Of a stretch of 64,000 bases of DNA, positions 61,782 through 64,000 are shown piece by piece. The position numbers were made by a program, and so were the translations under genes. Position 1 is the stretch's first letter; each line of letters starts with the position of its first letter. Source of the DNA: Chrysomallon squamiferum (lineage: Eukaryota; Animalia; Mollusca); NCBI GenBank assembly GCA_012295275.1, contig CM022679.1, positions 14,694,001 through 14,758,000 on the forward strand. The letters run 5' to 3'. The notes beneath the pieces were generated by a model. The model was given only the letters and a program-made list of their open reading frames with translations, was not told where the DNA came from and did not search any database.

Positions 61782-63660
61782 TTATTTATCAGAATCAGAT
61801 GCTTCTGCTGGAAGGTCTCCTGCAAGGGAACAGAGTAGATACTTTTTTATATAAATCAAAACTTCAATGCATAATTTCTGAAACTATTTTTATCTCCAAG
61901 TTATGAGAATTAGATATAATCATTATATTTTATTTCTAAACCAAGGTTTTATGAGAATTAGATATAATTATTATATATAGTAGCAATTTTCAAAAGGTTA
62001 CCATACATACACTGTGTCTCAGTCTGAATATATTTCTGTGTATGTCTATGTAATACATGTGTGCATTTATATGTGTCCTGTGTATGTGCTAACTGTAGGT
62101 ACTGATATGTATCTGCACTGTCTATGTATCTATGTTTATATGTACTGTGTGTATGTAATTACGTGCATGTTTCTACATTGCCCAGGTCACAGTTTCTGAC
62201 AGAAAATTACTACTGACTACTATGCATTCAGACATCTAATATACATATAGAGAAGAGAAGACTTTCAGTTTTTAACTTACCAGATACATAGTTATCTCTA
62301 TATTTAGGTACAGATACGTATGTACTTTGTCTATCTATTTATTTTTATGTTTCTATGTTGTTCAGGTCAGAGTGCTTGACAGAAAAATATTAATGACTGC
62401 TGTGTAGTCTGTTATCTTTTAAACATGTAGAGAAGAGAAAACTTTCAGTTTTTAACTTACAAAATAAATAATTATCTCCTATCTGAGCAGATCCAGAATG
62501 AGATGCTTTTGCTGGAAGGCCTCCTGCAGTGGAACAGAGTAGATTCTTTTTTTATATAAATCAAAACTTCAATGCATAATTTGTGAAAATATTTTTATCT
62601 CCAAGTTATGAGAATTAGAAATAATCATTATATATAGTAGCAATTTCTTAAACAGCAGCCTAGGTTTTATGCATATATAGAGATATGCAGCATTCGGGTT
62701 GCCATACATACACTGTGTCTCAGTCTGAATATATTTGTGTGTACATCTGTGTAATGCATGTGTGCATTTATATGTGTTCTGTGTATGTCCTAACTGTAGG
62801 TACTCATATCTATCTACTCTGTCTATGTATGGATATGATGTTTCTATCATGTTCAGGTCACACTGTGTGACAGAAAAATATTGATGACTATTGTGTATTC
62901 TGTTTTCTATTAAACAAGCAGAGAAGAGAAGACTTTCAATGTTCAACTTACCATAGTTATCTCCTATTTGTCTAGAACCAGAATGAGATTTGGGCCCTCG
63001 CCTATGTCTTGCTGTGAATCAGAGCAACATACATTTCTATAATTCACAACTTCAGAGCATAATTTCAGAAAGTGTTTTTAACTGCAAAATTCTGAGCTTT
63101 AGATGCAGCAGAAGTTTTTGAAAAACAAAAACGTTTTTTTCATCTAAATGCAGACATATGACAGCATACATTTTAACATACATTGTGTCTCTGAAATACT
63201 TGTGTCTATGTCTGTGTATTACATGATGACGTGTAGATATGTGTCCAAGTATGTGTTCTCTGTATAGACTAAGTGTACCTACAGGTATCTATGTTTATAT
63301 GTACTGTTTGTTTATGTGCACGTTTCTACGTTGCTCAGGTGACGGTGTCTGACAGAAAATTACTACTGACTATTAATATGCATAGACACAAGAGAAGACT
63401 TTCAGTTTTTAACTTACCAGATACATCGTTATCTATATATTTAGGTACAGATACGTATGTACTTTGTCTATTTATTTATTTGCACGTTTCTATGTTGTTC
63501 AGGTCAGAGTGCTTGACAGAAAAATACTAATGACTACTGTGTAGTCTGTTATCTTTTAAACATGTAGAGAAGAGAAAACTTTCAGTTTTTAACTTACAAG
63601 ATAAATAATTATCTCCTATCTGAGCAGATCCAGAATGAGAAGCTTTTGCTGGAAGGCCTC
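61782..63660 (-). CDS. 3' end of an unknown repeat protein encoded by tandemly duplicated phase-1 exons
   Basis: Exons 63598-63660 (GLPAKASHSGSAQIGDNYLS), 62952-63011 (RHRRGPKSHSGSRQIGDNY), 62461-62523 (GLPAKASHSGSAQIGDNYLF) all have CAG acceptors, GTAAGT donors and 3n lengths. Terminal copy 61782-61819 (DLPAEASDSDK*) has AATAAA. Confidence 0.6.
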
Positions 63661-64000
63661 CTGCAGTGGAACAGAGTAGATTCTTTTTTATATAAATGAA
63701 AACATCAATGCATAATTTGTGAAAATATTTTTACCTCCACCTTATGAGAATTAGATATAATCATTATATATAGTAGGAATTTTTTAAACACACACCCCTA
63801 GGTTTTATGCATATATAGAGATATGCAGCATTTAGGTTGCCATACATACACTGTGTCTCAGTCTGAATATATTTGTGTGTACATCTGTGTAATGCATGTG
63901 TGCGTTTATATGTGTTCTGTGTATGTCCTAACTGTAGGTACTCATATCTATCTACTCTGTCTATGTATGGATATGATGTTTCTATCATGTTCAGGTCACG
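61790..64000. repeat. Exon-intron tandem array with a 1137-bp higher-order period
   Basis: 62281 to 63418 and 62461 to 63598 are both offset by 1137 bp with near identity; ~490-bp subunits; continues past the window edge. Confidence 0.9.

Noticed and set aside
62014-63988. ORF-track ORFs within the terminal tandem array
   Set aside because: They run through TG/TA-rich intronic parts of the repeat units; the coding signal is confined to the short minus-strand exons

Overview
AT-rich, microsatellite-laden animal genomic DNA. It is probably lophotrochozoan or molluscan; this is an inference from gene sequence and style. Contents in order: (1) The 5' ~60% of a glutamine:fructose-6-phosphate aminotransferase gene (GFAT/GFPT, minus strand, 12 coding exons from 37310 down to 181, continuing off the left edge). 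(2) A complete 13-exon DNA polymerase beta gene (37719-51576, 336 aa), head-to-head with GFPT across a ~408-bp bidirectional promoter. (3) A 3-exon core-2/I-branching beta-1,6-GlcNAc transferase (GT14/GCNT-like, 55531-58576, 427 aa). (4) The 3' end of an unidentified minus-strand gene made of tandemly duplicated, phase-symmetric 60-63-nt exons, each encoding a SHSGS(A/R)QIGDNY repeat reminiscent of RHIM amyloid motifs. The 15-kb GFPT intron 5 holds a decayed head-to-tail array of a Penelope-like retroelement (hammerhead ribozyme, SGNH-esterase ORF, RT) with a nested LINE ORF1. GFPT intron 8 holds in-frame candidate cassette exons at the position of vertebrate exon 8A. MITEs, a Tc1 remnant, hairpins and tandem repeats are scattered in introns. 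Most ORFs in the supplied track are microsatellite artefacts. All family assignments come from manual motif reading, not database searches.
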